DNA of 53,560 nt from a virus (Duplodnaviria; Caudoviricetes): positions 1-53,560 of the IMG/VR virus record IMGVR_UViG_3300007765_000007; one strand, written 5' to 3'. Of the stretch, positions 28,626 through 38,394 are shown one piece after another. Each line of letters opens with the position of its first letter. Within the stretch, counting starts at the first letter, position 1. The notes under the pieces are model-generated. The model made no database searches and was not told where the DNA came from. It was given only the letters and a program-made list of their open reading frames with translations. A program made the position numbers and the translations under genes.

Positions 28626-29896
28626 TAAAATATCCTATCGTATAAATTTGTTTTTAAATCATAGTTTTCTATTAAATCAACATTATGTTTAAGTGTATCT
28701 TCCATTTCCTTATACATACTCAACATTTCACTTGTTGACAATTTAGATAATTCTAATACTACTTTCATAACTTTATATAATCTTTTCAAATGGTTCGGTT
28801 CGGTATCATAACTTTCATCCCACCATTTATCAAAAGTTTTAAATCCATAATCTCTCATTACCTTTAGAGATTTGTATGGCCCGAATTGAATTATTGGGTG
28901 TCCACAATAGATTGGATTAAAAGTAGAACTGTGTAAGTGATAACCATTTATATCAAATGGAAACGCACACATCACAATACTAATAAAGGAATTTCTATAA
29001 TGTATTGGATTGAAAGGTAAATCTGCATTAAACTTACCCTTTCCAAATCCCGCAGGGCCGTGATTAGTTTCATCCGTCTTATCGATATCAAAAGGAACTT
29101 TATTCCTAAGTTCTTCAATATTTTTATTTGTAGTATATTCATCAAATCCTGATGGATAGCTTTCTTTTGGAAAAAAAGGAAAACTTATTAGTGATTTATC
29201 TAATAACTTATGATAATTCATAAATAACATAAATAAATTTCTCTCAACTCTATTTGTTCTATTAACTTTTAAAAAATGTTTTATATTATTTTTTGATTTA
29301 TAGTTTATTTCATTTTTTATATTAACTCTACTGGGTAAGTGTCCTTCGTGTATTAATCTCTTTACATCAAAAACATTCCACATAATTGAAATTACATTTA
29401 CTTTATCTTTTCTGTCATAGTTACTATGTGTTTTTTCTGCAACCAAATCGTTAGTTATAAAATATATATTTTTTGTTGGTAATTTTAAATCGTCTATACT
29501 TTTATAAAATGGATTTAAAAAATGTCCATCATCTATTCTTCTTCCCTCTAATGTGTTGTCAAATATTAATTTACAATTACCTTTCCTAACTTCATCTAAT
29601 ATTTTTTTAGGTATTAAGTTAATATGTCTTGGCCACAATCTTTGATTATGATGAACATGCACAAAATAAAAAAATTTACTTTTAAAATCAAAGTTATCCA
29701 CTTCAACTACATCTAAATCTAAAATGTTTGGTAAACTTGAATTACTAAACAGAGGCCTACAGATAGAAAACCCACGATTATCTACTTCATTTATTTCTGG
29801 TACATTTTTGTAAAGTTTGATAATATCTTTACTTGGATTTACCATATCTACTTGATTAAATTCATCTATTAGTGCTATCATTTTATATAGTTCCAT
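28625..29896 (-). CDS. Conserved phage protein, possible GT-B glycosyltransferase
   Basis: C-terminal TFNPIYCGHPIIQFG...GFKTFDKWWDESYD...RL motif, typical of phage modification islands. Confidence 0.55.
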   Translation of the reverse strand: MELYKMIALIDEFNQVDMVNPSKDIIKLYKNVPEINEVDNRGFSICRPLFSNSSLPNILDLDVVEVDNFDFKSKFFYFVHVHHNQRLWPRHINLIPKKILDEVRKGNCKLIFDNTLEGRRIDDGHFLNPFYKSIDDLKLPTKNIYFITNDLVAEKTHSNYDRKDKVNVISIMWNVFDVKRLIHEGHLPSRVNIKNEINYKSKNNIKHFLKVNRTNRVERNLFMLFMNYHKLLDKSLISFPFFPKESYPSGFDEYTTNKNIEELRNKVPFDIDKTDETNHGPAGFGKGKFNADLPFNPIHYRNSFISIVMCAFPFDINGYHLHSSTFNPIYCGHPIIQFGPYKSLKVMRDYGFKTFDKWWDESYDTEPNHLKRLYKVMKVVLELSKLSTSEMLSMYKEMEDTLKHNVDLIENYDLKTNLYDRIF

Positions 29897-30507
29897 TCAT
29901 TTATAAAAGTTTTAATCTTTTCATAAGTTACATCATTTGAATCTTCAATATCTAAAACATAGGCGCCTGTTTGTCTTGCACCCGCTCTACCCAATTCAGA
30001 ATCCTCTAATATAATTGTTTCTTTTGTATTCACACCAGCTTTTATAATACATCTTAAATATATTTCTGAATATGGTTTTGGGTTCACTACATCTTGATTA
30101 GAATATACAAAATCTAAATGTTCTAAAAATCCTCTACGAATTAATTGTAATTTTGCACTATCACGAATTGAATTAGTAGCACAAGCAAGTATGTATCCTT
30201 CATCTTTTAATTGTTTTAAAACTTTTATCAATCTTTCATCTTTCTCTAATTCATCAATCATTTGAATAGTTATATTTTGTTTATCTTCCCAAATTGTATC
30301 ATGTAATTCATAAGGTAATCCTTTATTTTTTGTTAAAAGATTTAACTTTGTAATTGAAGTGTTGCCATCATATGTAGATAGATGTTCTTCTCTATTGATA
30401 ACATATTTCTTATCAACATTAGAAAGTGCTTTATTAAGTGCCTCATAGTGTATTTCTTTTGCATCAACTAATACACCATCTAAATCAAATATAATTAATT
30501 TAATCAT
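29878..30507 (-). CDS. HAD-superfamily phosphatase/phosphomutase
   Basis: FDLDGVLVD, ATNS, KP..EIY, LEDSELG. Confidence 0.9.
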   Translation of the reverse strand: MIKLIIFDLDGVLVDAKEIHYEALNKALSNVDKKYVINREEHLSTYDGNTSITKLNLLTKNKGLPYELHDTIWEDKQNITIQMIDELEKDERLIKVLKQLKDEGYILACATNSIRDSAKLQLIRRGFLEHLDFVYSNQDVVNPKPYSEIYLRCIIKAGVNTKETIILEDSELGRAGARQTGAYVLDIEDSNDVTYEKIKTFINEWNYIK

Positions 30508-31367
30508 AATATATCCTTTATATTTTTAAAAACTACCTTTGACCAGAATTGATGTCCTTTTCTATTTGGGTGGTGGCCGTCTATTTCAAAATATTCTTTT
30601 TCAATTTGGTTATTCCACCCAAACTTTACATCATCACTTATTGTTCGTAAGTAATTTCTAAAAGATTCTTTTATAAAAATTTTATCATAGATTTTTGAAA
30701 ATTGCTTTATAGTGGATTTGTGTATTGTGTGCTGTGATGTTAAGTCATCCATTAAATCATTTTCGTTAAATATTCCTTTTCCAATACCATTTACTGCTTT
30801 TAGAAATGGTGATTCTTCTCCAGGTATCTCCTCGTAGAATGCATTAAAAAATTTGTGTTTTATATTATTTCCTTTTAAAAAATAATGTAAGAATAAAATT
30901 TGTTCAATATATCTTCTAATGTATTCTTCTGGATTCCAAAATACCTTAATATAAGTTTCATAAAAATTTAACAATTTAGGATCATAATCAAACTTTTGAT
31001 CTAATTGATTAGGATACATCGTTTCCCACCAATTCTTATGTTTATCTAATGACCTATAATAAAAATCTTTTCTTTCTGGTGATGAAAATCCAATTATAAC
31101 AAATAAATCCTTTGATTTATTTTTTTCTGTTAAATAACTAATATTATCTATAACTCTCCTAACTATGCCATCATTTGAACTACCTGCCCTTGAATTATTA
31201 ATAACTTTTATATTTGTTAGTTTTTCTAAATCATATGGCCATACTTTTGGTAATCTATAATCAGTATTAAGATTATGATTTACATCTGTAATGTGTGTTA
31301 ATTTAGGATCAATCATATCCCCTGCAGTCCAACTATCACCATCACAATATATCAGTTTAGTCTTCAT
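30504..31367 (-). CDS. SGNH/GDSL-fold hydrolase/acyltransferase-like protein
   Basis: DGDSWTAG, NNSRAGSSN, HPNRKGH. Confidence 0.78.
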   Translation of the reverse strand: MKTKLIYCDGDSWTAGDMIDPKLTHITDVNHNLNTDYRLPKVWPYDLEKLTNIKVINNSRAGSSNDGIVRRVIDNISYLTEKNKSKDLFVIIGFSSPERKDFYYRSLDKHKNWWETMYPNQLDQKFDYDPKLLNFYETYIKVFWNPEEYIRRYIEQILFLHYFLKGNNIKHKFFNAFYEEIPGEESPFLKAVNGIGKGIFNENDLMDDLTSQHTIHKSTIKQFSKIYDKIFIKESFRNYLRTISDDVKFGWNNQIEKEYFEIDGHHPNRKGHQFWSKVVFKNIKDIL

Positions 31368-32286
31368 CTTCTACAAGGCCCCATTCTATTGCAAGTTCTT
31401 TTACTATCTTATCAAAATAATCCACATAGTCAGAATGTATATAAGGTATTTTTTTATCACTATCTGATAATACCTCTTGTACAATTTCGTGTTCGTGGTG
31501 TGGAAAGAGTTTTTCTAAATTATATGCACTACCCTCAAATTCCTCATAGTGAATTCTAAAAAGAGCATATTTTCGTTGAATTGCGTCTAATATAAAAATC
31601 TCTTGCTGAAATAATCTTAACATATTATGTAAAAATCTTTTTAATTTTACTCTGGAAACTTTTTCATCACGAACTGCAGTTCTATCAACAAATCCATTTT
31701 CCCAACCAAGAGTAATATCAGTTGCAGGTATTGGTTTTTTAAGTAACTTTTTATGAATCTCAATCATATAATTCGTTACTTCTAATTCACTATTAAAAAG
31801 TTCAGAATTATCATAATTCATACCACGATGAATAGTTCCAGCTTTTTCTTTAATCAATCTTTCCCATAATGGCAATGATGTGATACATTGTATTTTATTT
31901 TTCCTCGTTAAAACAATTACTTCAAACTCGTTACATAATAATCTCATTTGAGTATCTTCATAAGCTGATTTAGTACACTCTAACCAATTAATAACAATTG
32001 GATTATTTATTAACATTAGTTTATAATCCTTTCCTTTATTCCAATCATCGTCTACTATACTTTGCCATTGTGATAGTAATGTTTTATTACTTTCCAAATC
32101 AAAGTCTACTTCACCAATAACATTCAAACTATAATCTTTTTTTAATATACTTTCACATTCAGGTGAATTTTCTTCTGATTCAATTACACCTCTTATCGCG
32201 TTAAATAATTGTGTTCCCCCTGAACGATAGTGTGATAATATTATTGTTCCTTTTTTTGCTGGATTTACAACATTATGCAGATGCAT
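31357..32286 (-). CDS. Sulfotransferase-like P-loop protein
   Basis: ILSHYRSGGTQL (5'-PSB-like), VIVLTRKN...S (3'-PB-like), IHYEEF. Confidence 0.5.
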   Translation of the reverse strand: MHLHNVVNPAKKGTIILSHYRSGGTQLFNAIRGVIESEENSPECESILKKDYSLNVIGEVDFDLESNKTLLSQWQSIVDDDWNKGKDYKLMLINNPIVINWLECTKSAYEDTQMRLLCNEFEVIVLTRKNKIQCITSLPLWERLIKEKAGTIHRGMNYDNSELFNSELEVTNYMIEIHKKLLKKPIPATDITLGWENGFVDRTAVRDEKVSRVKLKRFLHNMLRLFQQEIFILDAIQRKYALFRIHYEEFEGSAYNLEKLFPHHEHEIVQEVLSDSDKKIPYIHSDYVDYFDKIVKELAIEWGLVEDED

Positions 32287-32716
32287 TTTTATAATCTCCT
32301 ATATAATCCGAACATATCCCTGCAATTTTATCAGAAACCTTTTCCTTTGGTAAAACTGCTATAGACTTACTTGTTAATTGTTTACCTGAATAAGTCCATA
32401 AATATCCCCTTGATGTTAATGTTACATCATCTTCTTGATGCCAAAAACAATGAATATGATAATTCATATTCATAACATACAACGCATCAATATTTTTTGC
32501 ATGACACCATAAATTTGGATGTTCTAAGAATCCCTCTGAAACTTTATATTGTGGTTTATCATGTCCTAACCAAAATTGATTATCAATATACCACACATCA
32601 ATCTCTACATCATATCCAGAGTTTAATGCTTCTTCGATATACTCAGGAGAATTTTCTCTATCTGACTTACCATTTAAATTTCCTCTATGTGATATTAGTA
32701 TCAATATACTCCCCAC
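32273..32716 (-). CDS. Small PLC/GDPD-like phosphodiesterase
   Basis: ISHRGN, ENS, DVEIDVW, LGHD, WCHAKN, GICSD. The true start may be the TTG at 32704. Confidence 0.8.
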   Translation of the reverse strand: MGSILILISHRGNLNGKSDRENSPEYIEEALNSGYDVEIDVWYIDNQFWLGHDKPQYKVSEGFLEHPNLWCHAKNIDALYVMNMNYHIHCFWHQEDDVTLTSRGYLWTYSGKQLTSKSIAVLPKEKVSDKIAGICSDYIGDYKNASA

Positions 32717-33492
32717 TCTCTTTTATAAATTATTGGATGATTTCCATTACCACTAAAATCAAATGCCTTATATGGTGTAGTGGTTTTAAAATTAGTAAAT
32801 GCTAATGGTCTCATCTTTTCAAAATTATATACTTGTCTTTTATGTGCATTTGATCTAAAATATTTTGGAATACCTTTAAACTCGTGATACTCTTTATAAA
32901 ACTTATCTCTATCCTTTTCACTCAAAACGGAATTAAAAACTCCAAGACATCTAATATGACCATAATAAAATTGTGGTTCTGGACAAGATTCAAATGCATT
33001 TGCACAACCAACCCAAACATGAGAACCTGAATAATCAATTATCTCTCCATCGAGTTTTGAAACTTGAGTATCCCAAACTTGTCCTTCTTCTCTCATAGAA
33101 AAAATCATCATTGATTTTTCTCTATTATAAGATATAATTATATCTATCCAACCATCTCCAAATACTCTCTTTTCCAATAATGCAATTTTTACTCCACCCT
33201 TTGGTGTATCATACCATATCTCACCTTTAATAAATTTTAACCACCCATCTCCTGTTTCTGTTGGCCAAAGTACATTAAATAGTCCAGAATGTCTTCCATT
33301 TCTAACTAAAATTCCACCTCGATATCCTTTATCATCAATATTTAAAGTTAACTTATCAGGATTCCACTCTGGCTTTACACTCGTACAGAATGTCCAATCC
33401 CCTGTATTAATAGATTCAACAACCTTACCACTAATATTATGTTTATTAGTATAACTAATAACCCAACCATGTGTACCATCAAGTGTAATCAT
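32701..33492 (-). CDS. LamG/concanavalin-like jellyroll protein
   Basis: LDG...WVG...YYGHI...FNSVLS...DFSGNGNH signature. Confidence 0.7.
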   Translation of the reverse strand: MITLDGTHGWVISYTNKHNISGKVVESINTGDWTFCTSVKPEWNPDKLTLNIDDKGYRGGILVRNGRHSGLFNVLWPTETGDGWLKFIKGEIWYDTPKGGVKIALLEKRVFGDGWIDIIISYNREKSMMIFSMREEGQVWDTQVSKLDGEIIDYSGSHVWVGCANAFESCPEPQFYYGHIRCLGVFNSVLSEKDRDKFYKEYHEFKGIPKYFRSNAHKRQVYNFEKMRPLAFTNFKTTTPYKAFDFSGNGNHPIIYKREWGVY

Positions 33493-34925
33493 AATTTCAT
33501 CTCCAAACTTCTATGATAAAAATCAGCTAACTCAGGAAATGTTTTACAAAAATCTGTTCCTCTTCGTTTGTCATGTTCTTTAAAAAACTTACCAAAATTA
33601 AATCTATGTTCTTTAACTTGTTGTTCTTTACCTTCCCAGTTTGCAATTCTCCAATCATATATTCTTTTAATTTTTTGTATCTCAATATCTGAATACCCAA
33701 CATAATTATGATCAAACAATGGTACTCCATAATAATCAACCAACTGAGCATGTTTCAATATGTAAGAATTCCACTCATCAGGTAATACTTGAACGGTTTG
33801 GTGTGTTGGATATCGTAAATAACTTGAATCCAAAAATACTGCAGATTTCCAATATCTATCTGCTGAACCAAACTTTGTTTTTAAATCATACATACCTTTA
33901 ATTAATTTATGATAATTTGGAACTGAAAGTGCATTGTAAGTTGCCATATTAGTTACATTTACTTTAGAAGAACTTTCCAAAATTCTATTTACATTATCCC
34001 AGAAATAATTAAAATCTAATCCATGTCTAATATATTCTGCTTGTTCTCCCCAAGACTCAACTGAAGTAAACACAATAAATTCTCTAACTCTTTCTTCATC
34101 TTCTATTCTTTTAATCTTATCAATAAATTTATCAATCAATACTTTCGGACCTCCCAAATTAGTATTTACAGCAAATTGTAAATTTTTATTTGGATTAGGA
34201 TGGTCTATAATGTAATCCAATACTTTAAAAGTATCGTTTGCTAATAATGGTTCTCCGCCTGTTATTCTAAATGTGTGTAAATCTTGATACAAATCAGGCC
34301 ACCATTTCCAAAATGCCTCTTTATAAGGATTTGTCTCACGATGTGGAATGGGCATTTTATCTTCAATTTTATTATACTTAAAATCATTAAAGTGATCAGT
34401 TGTTGGATAACCACCATGTTGTTCTATCTCTTGAAACCACTCTGAAGAATAAGCAGGTGCACAATAACTACATTTAAAATTACAAGCGTTTGAAAATGCA
34501 ACCTCTACATATCTTGGATTAAAATCTTCTCTCCAATCTAATTTTTTTATCTCATCATAATGTGGTAATGACCAACTCTCTTGTGATTTAAAAACTCTAT
34601 CAGAAAATCTATCTGAATTATCTTCTACATTCCAACAATAATCACACTCTTTAGGTCTTCCACCCTGTAGCATTTCTTTTCGTCTTTTCTTTTTAAATAT
34701 AGTATTGTGTAGAGCACTCGGATTTCTCTTTAATTCCTCTAAAGGAATTTTATGTGTTTTTGGATGGTGGCAACTATGAGTGTGCCCTGTTTGTAATTGT
34801 ATTGTAACTTGAGTCCACTTTGCTAAACACATCCCACATCCAATATCATCAAGTTTCTTTTTTGTTTTTACAAAATGTTGATTTTCTATTGAAAGTTCAT
34901 TTTTTTCTTTGACTGCTTCTGACAC
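33489..34925 (-). CDS. Radical SAM protein with N-terminal Twitch-like Cys cluster
   Basis: CLAKW...SCHH...CDYCW, CNFKCSYC, TGGEPL, NTNLG. Confidence 0.9.
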   Translation of the reverse strand: MSEAVKEKNELSIENQHFVKTKKKLDDIGCGMCLAKWTQVTIQLQTGHTHSCHHPKTHKIPLEELKRNPSALHNTIFKKKRRKEMLQGGRPKECDYCWNVEDNSDRFSDRVFKSQESWSLPHYDEIKKLDWREDFNPRYVEVAFSNACNFKCSYCAPAYSSEWFQEIEQHGGYPTTDHFNDFKYNKIEDKMPIPHRETNPYKEAFWKWWPDLYQDLHTFRITGGEPLLANDTFKVLDYIIDHPNPNKNLQFAVNTNLGGPKVLIDKFIDKIKRIEDEERVREFIVFTSVESWGEQAEYIRHGLDFNYFWDNVNRILESSSKVNVTNMATYNALSVPNYHKLIKGMYDLKTKFGSADRYWKSAVFLDSSYLRYPTHQTVQVLPDEWNSYILKHAQLVDYYGVPLFDHNYVGYSDIEIQKIKRIYDWRIANWEGKEQQVKEHRFNFGKFFKEHDKRRGTDFCKTFPELADFYHRSLEMKL

Positions 34926-36346
34926 TAAAACCTCACATTAATTAACTTATGTCTATTATAAATATCATCTTTAGATACTATTTTGTATTTCATTTCACTT
35001 AACCCATTTTCTTCTATATTAACTTTTTCTTTTTGCATTTCTTTCTTATAAAATATTTCATTTACAGAAGTTTGTTCAGGGTCTCCTGCAAAACTCTGAT
35101 TAACTATTCCCTCATCATCATGATACATACATTCCATTGTTCCATATCTTCTATCGGGTGTAATTGTTTTTGCTATCTGTACATTATCTTTGGTAATTCT
35201 TCCGTTACCAAGTATTAATTCACCATGATTTTCATTACCACTTAAATCTAATAATGTATCTCTTCTCCAAGACTTACTCATATCATAATGTAATACTAAT
35301 TCTTTTCTATCATTCCACATCTTTATAGAATACATCTTACCTTTAAATGGACGATTTCTATCTCTCATTGGATCATATTTATTTGGTGGATTCTTACCAA
35401 TATAAAATGGTGTTGTTCCATACCGTTTCAATTTTCCCTCAAATGGTAATACCGATTTTTGGGGGCCAAATTTCTCATCATACAACTCATCATTAATAGT
35501 AATTGTTCTCTCTTGTGTTCGTGTATCAACTTTGAAATTAACTTTACTCCATTGATTTGGATATCTCATCATCCAACCATAATTTAATTCATTTTTAACT
35601 CCCCATAAACAATAAGAAAATGCTTTAGAGTTATTATACGATATATCGAAATCCCAACCTTTTCTGGATACTATTGGATATTTTAAATGTCCTACTTCAT
35701 TACCAATTAAAAATTCTTTATCTTCACTTTCTATTTCTGAATGTACAATTGCTTCTATCTCACAAGATTTATTTGGTATGTTCATTATACTATTTGAAAT
35801 TGGAACTTTAATATGGGTTTCCTCACCATCAAATTGTAAAACTTTTGTATTTCCTGGTGATTCAATATATTCTGATTTAAAATATCCTTTTCTTATACAT
35901 CTCCAAAACAAATCATCATCTTCAAATCCCCAACCCCAATAATCTGCTGAATATCCGTTAACTTTTTCAAATTGTTCTATAGTGAATAAAACTACTCCAC
36001 CAAAATAATGTATATCTCTTAATGTATTATCCCATTGTGATAACCAAGTTGCAATATGTTTAGGTGTATCACCAGGATGAGAATAATCACAATCATCTTG
36101 TGGTAACATATCTACATCGTGAAATGCCACATAATCACATCCATCTTCTTTAGCAGCAAGAAATGCAACATTCTTCGTACCACTTCGGTTAAACTTCTTT
36201 TCATCAACTTGGTGTCCTATGTACACTCTGAAGTCTATATTCCTATCGCCAAGGAACTTTTCTAAATGTGGTACTAATGTATCTAAGTGTTTCTTTCTTA
36301 CACCATCTCCATTATCTCTATATGGAATACAAACTCCTAACTTCAT
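34925..36346 (-). CDS. GT7 (beta-1,4-galactosyltransferase-like) with inserted LamG domain
   Basis: IPYRD, FNRS, FHDVDMLP, YFGGV, VNGYS..YWGWGFEDDDL, then LamG (DLSGNENHG), then the GT7 tail NGLSEMKY. Confidence 0.88.
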   Translation of the reverse strand: MKLGVCIPYRDNGDGVRKKHLDTLVPHLEKFLGDRNIDFRVYIGHQVDEKKFNRSGTKNVAFLAAKEDGCDYVAFHDVDMLPQDDCDYSHPGDTPKHIATWLSQWDNTLRDIHYFGGVVLFTIEQFEKVNGYSADYWGWGFEDDDLFWRCIRKGYFKSEYIESPGNTKVLQFDGEETHIKVPISNSIMNIPNKSCEIEAIVHSEIESEDKEFLIGNEVGHLKYPIVSRKGWDFDISYNNSKAFSYCLWGVKNELNYGWMMRYPNQWSKVNFKVDTRTQERTITINDELYDEKFGPQKSVLPFEGKLKRYGTTPFYIGKNPPNKYDPMRDRNRPFKGKMYSIKMWNDRKELVLHYDMSKSWRRDTLLDLSGNENHGELILGNGRITKDNVQIAKTITPDRRYGTMECMYHDDEGIVNQSFAGDPEQTSVNEIFYKKEMQKEKVNIEENGLSEMKYKIVSKDDIYNRHKLINVRF

Positions 36347-37194
36347 AATTCATCAAACCCCTTTAAATTTTCTCTGTATGTATTATAAAATCTTATATTA
36401 TGCATCGACCAAGGTTGAAAGAATTGATAAAAATGTTGTGCTATTACACCATCTTCTTTATACTCATTTTCATCATAGTATGGTTTTATCAACTCTTCAT
36501 ATTCCCATTCTAATTCATTTGCTCTTTCATAAACATTCAACCACTTATCACCAAGTTCTTTCCATTTTTCTATAAACTTTACATTTATTATTGCCTGTTC
36601 TTCTAATAAATCATGTATTACTAAATCTAAATCAATATAATATTCATTATGTAACTCTATTAACTCCTCAAATATTACTTCACTTACCATATCACTATGA
36701 AATAACATAAAACAAGTTTGAAAGGATGGCACCGACATCCAATTCTCTCTCATCCAATCATATTTTTTCAATTGTTTTTTATTAAATTTTTCTAATTGTG
36801 GTTCTCTATATTCAAACTGATAACAAAGTGGTGTATAATTTGAATCGTTTGCATACATTACATCTTTTTTTCTATTATTTAAATCTAAATCAATTTCATT
36901 AAAAAATATAACATCTAAATCACAATAAAAAATCCAATCCCATTTTTTAAAATATTCTGTCCACATATAATATTTGTAATAATGTGGTCTTGGATTTCCA
37001 GGCAATGTTTCACCATAAAAAAACTTAACACCTTTATCAGTAAATTCTTTCTCATCAAACTCACCTTTATCTGATTCAGGCATTATCAATACAAAATCAC
37101 CATCCCACTTTCCTACGGTGATTGCACCAAACAACAAACTTTTATAATGTTGTAAATAATTTTTATCAGCTAATGCTACGAAAACATTTTTCAT
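36343..37194 (-). CDS. GT8-like glycosyltransferase
   Basis: ADKNYL, IFYCDLDVIF (DxD), EQAIIN, QHF...PW. Confidence 0.75.
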   Translation of the reverse strand: MKNVFVALADKNYLQHYKSLLFGAITVGKWDGDFVLIMPESDKGEFDEKEFTDKGVKFFYGETLPGNPRPHYYKYYMWTEYFKKWDWIFYCDLDVIFFNEIDLDLNNRKKDVMYANDSNYTPLCYQFEYREPQLEKFNKKQLKKYDWMRENWMSVPSFQTCFMLFHSDMVSEVIFEELIELHNEYYIDLDLVIHDLLEEQAIINVKFIEKWKELGDKWLNVYERANELEWEYEELIKPYYDENEYKEDGVIAQHFYQFFQPWSMHNIRFYNTYRENLKGFDEL

Positions 37195-37802
37195 TTAAAA
37201 CTCTTTACTAAATAACCAACCATTAAATCCTCAACAGGAAAACTTTCACTCATTCTTTTTGCAAAATTTTCCTGTTCACCTATAAATATACTTAACTCCT
37301 TAGAAACCATGTAAAATTTTCCCTCAAAGAAATGAAAGTATGTATCAATAAAATCTAAATTATATTCATATCCCTCACCATAGTGATTATCAAAATATAT
37401 CTTAAATTCATCTGGTGATACTCTGATATAATTCAATCCCCAATAATGTTTATTATCATCCTCATCAACCACACTCCAACTCTTATCACCCCATCTATCA
37501 CAAGTATATCGATAACCATCTCTTTCTTTTCCTAATCTTGATTTATAGAAATCCCAAGTATCATTAAAAATAGTATCATCACATTTTATTAAATAATCAT
37601 ACTCTTTATTCTCACTACACCACTTCATCATTTCTTGAGTTTTAGATGGTAGTTTATTATACTCTGTATGATAATCTGCACCCCATTCTATAACCTCTAT
37701 ATTTGGATTATCAGATATCTCTTTATAGAACTCTTGTTTCTTAAAATAATCTAAGTGTTCTTTATATTGTGAATCAGTATATATTACGAAAAGATATTTC
37801 AT
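37191..37802 (-). CDS. GT31-like (beta-1,3-galactosyltransferase-like) protein
   Basis: YNKLPSKT...YDYLIKCDD...GKFYMVS...VEDLMVG. Start adjusted to ATG 37802. Confidence 0.65.
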   Translation of the reverse strand: MKYLFVIYTDSQYKEHLDYFKKQEFYKEISDNPNIEVIEWGADYHTEYNKLPSKTQEMMKWCSENKEYDYLIKCDDTIFNDTWDFYKSRLGKERDGYRYTCDRWGDKSWSVVDEDDNKHYWGLNYIRVSPDEFKIYFDNHYGEGYEYNLDFIDTYFHFFEGKFYMVSKELSIFIGEQENFAKRMSESFPVEDLMVGYLVKSFK

Positions 37803-38394
37803 CTTCCTCACTCCATATACTTGTGTATAAATGTAACCCATATGCATCACCATCATATGTAAAAATATCTTTATAGGATTGCCATACTACTGGACAAAAA
37901 TATTCTTTAGGTAACACATACTCTTGATATTCATATTGTTCAACCAATGGTGTTAACAAGTTTGGCCCTAAATCTCCATGTGTAGATTCTTCACCAATTC
38001 TTCTTATACGATTAGCCCAATCTTTAAAAATTTGTTTTCTACTATGTTCACTATAAATAATACAACTTGCAACATGATAATCCCAACCAGTATCGAATTG
38101 TTCTGAAAATACAAATCGTTTATTAAAATCATATGGTTTCAAACATAACATATCCAAATCAACATACAAACCACCTCGTTGATATAAAAGTTCTGCTCTA
38201 AACAAATTAGAGAATGCTATAGGTGTTCCCTTTGAATGACCATGTTTATAAGTAAAATATTCATCGGTAGAAATTATTTCATCACAATTACTCTCATTCC
38301 ATAACTTAAATTCATAACCATTCTTTTCCCATGAATCAATACACCTTTGTTGTACTTCACCTATTTCACCAAACCAAAAACCATTTACAATCAT
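37774..38394 (-). CDS. GT32-like DxD glycosyltransferase
   Basis: CIDSW, FSNLFRAELLYQRGGLYVDLD, GPNLLT. Confidence 0.8.
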   Translation of the reverse strand: MIVNGFWFGEIGEVQQRCIDSWEKNGYEFKLWNESNCDEIISTDEYFTYKHGHSKGTPIAFSNLFRAELLYQRGGLYVDLDMLCLKPYDFNKRFVFSEQFDTGWDYHVASCIIYSEHSRKQIFKDWANRIRRIGEESTHGDLGPNLLTPLVEQYEYQEYVLPKEYFCPVVWQSYKDIFTYDGDAYGLHLYTSIWSEEDEISFRNIY

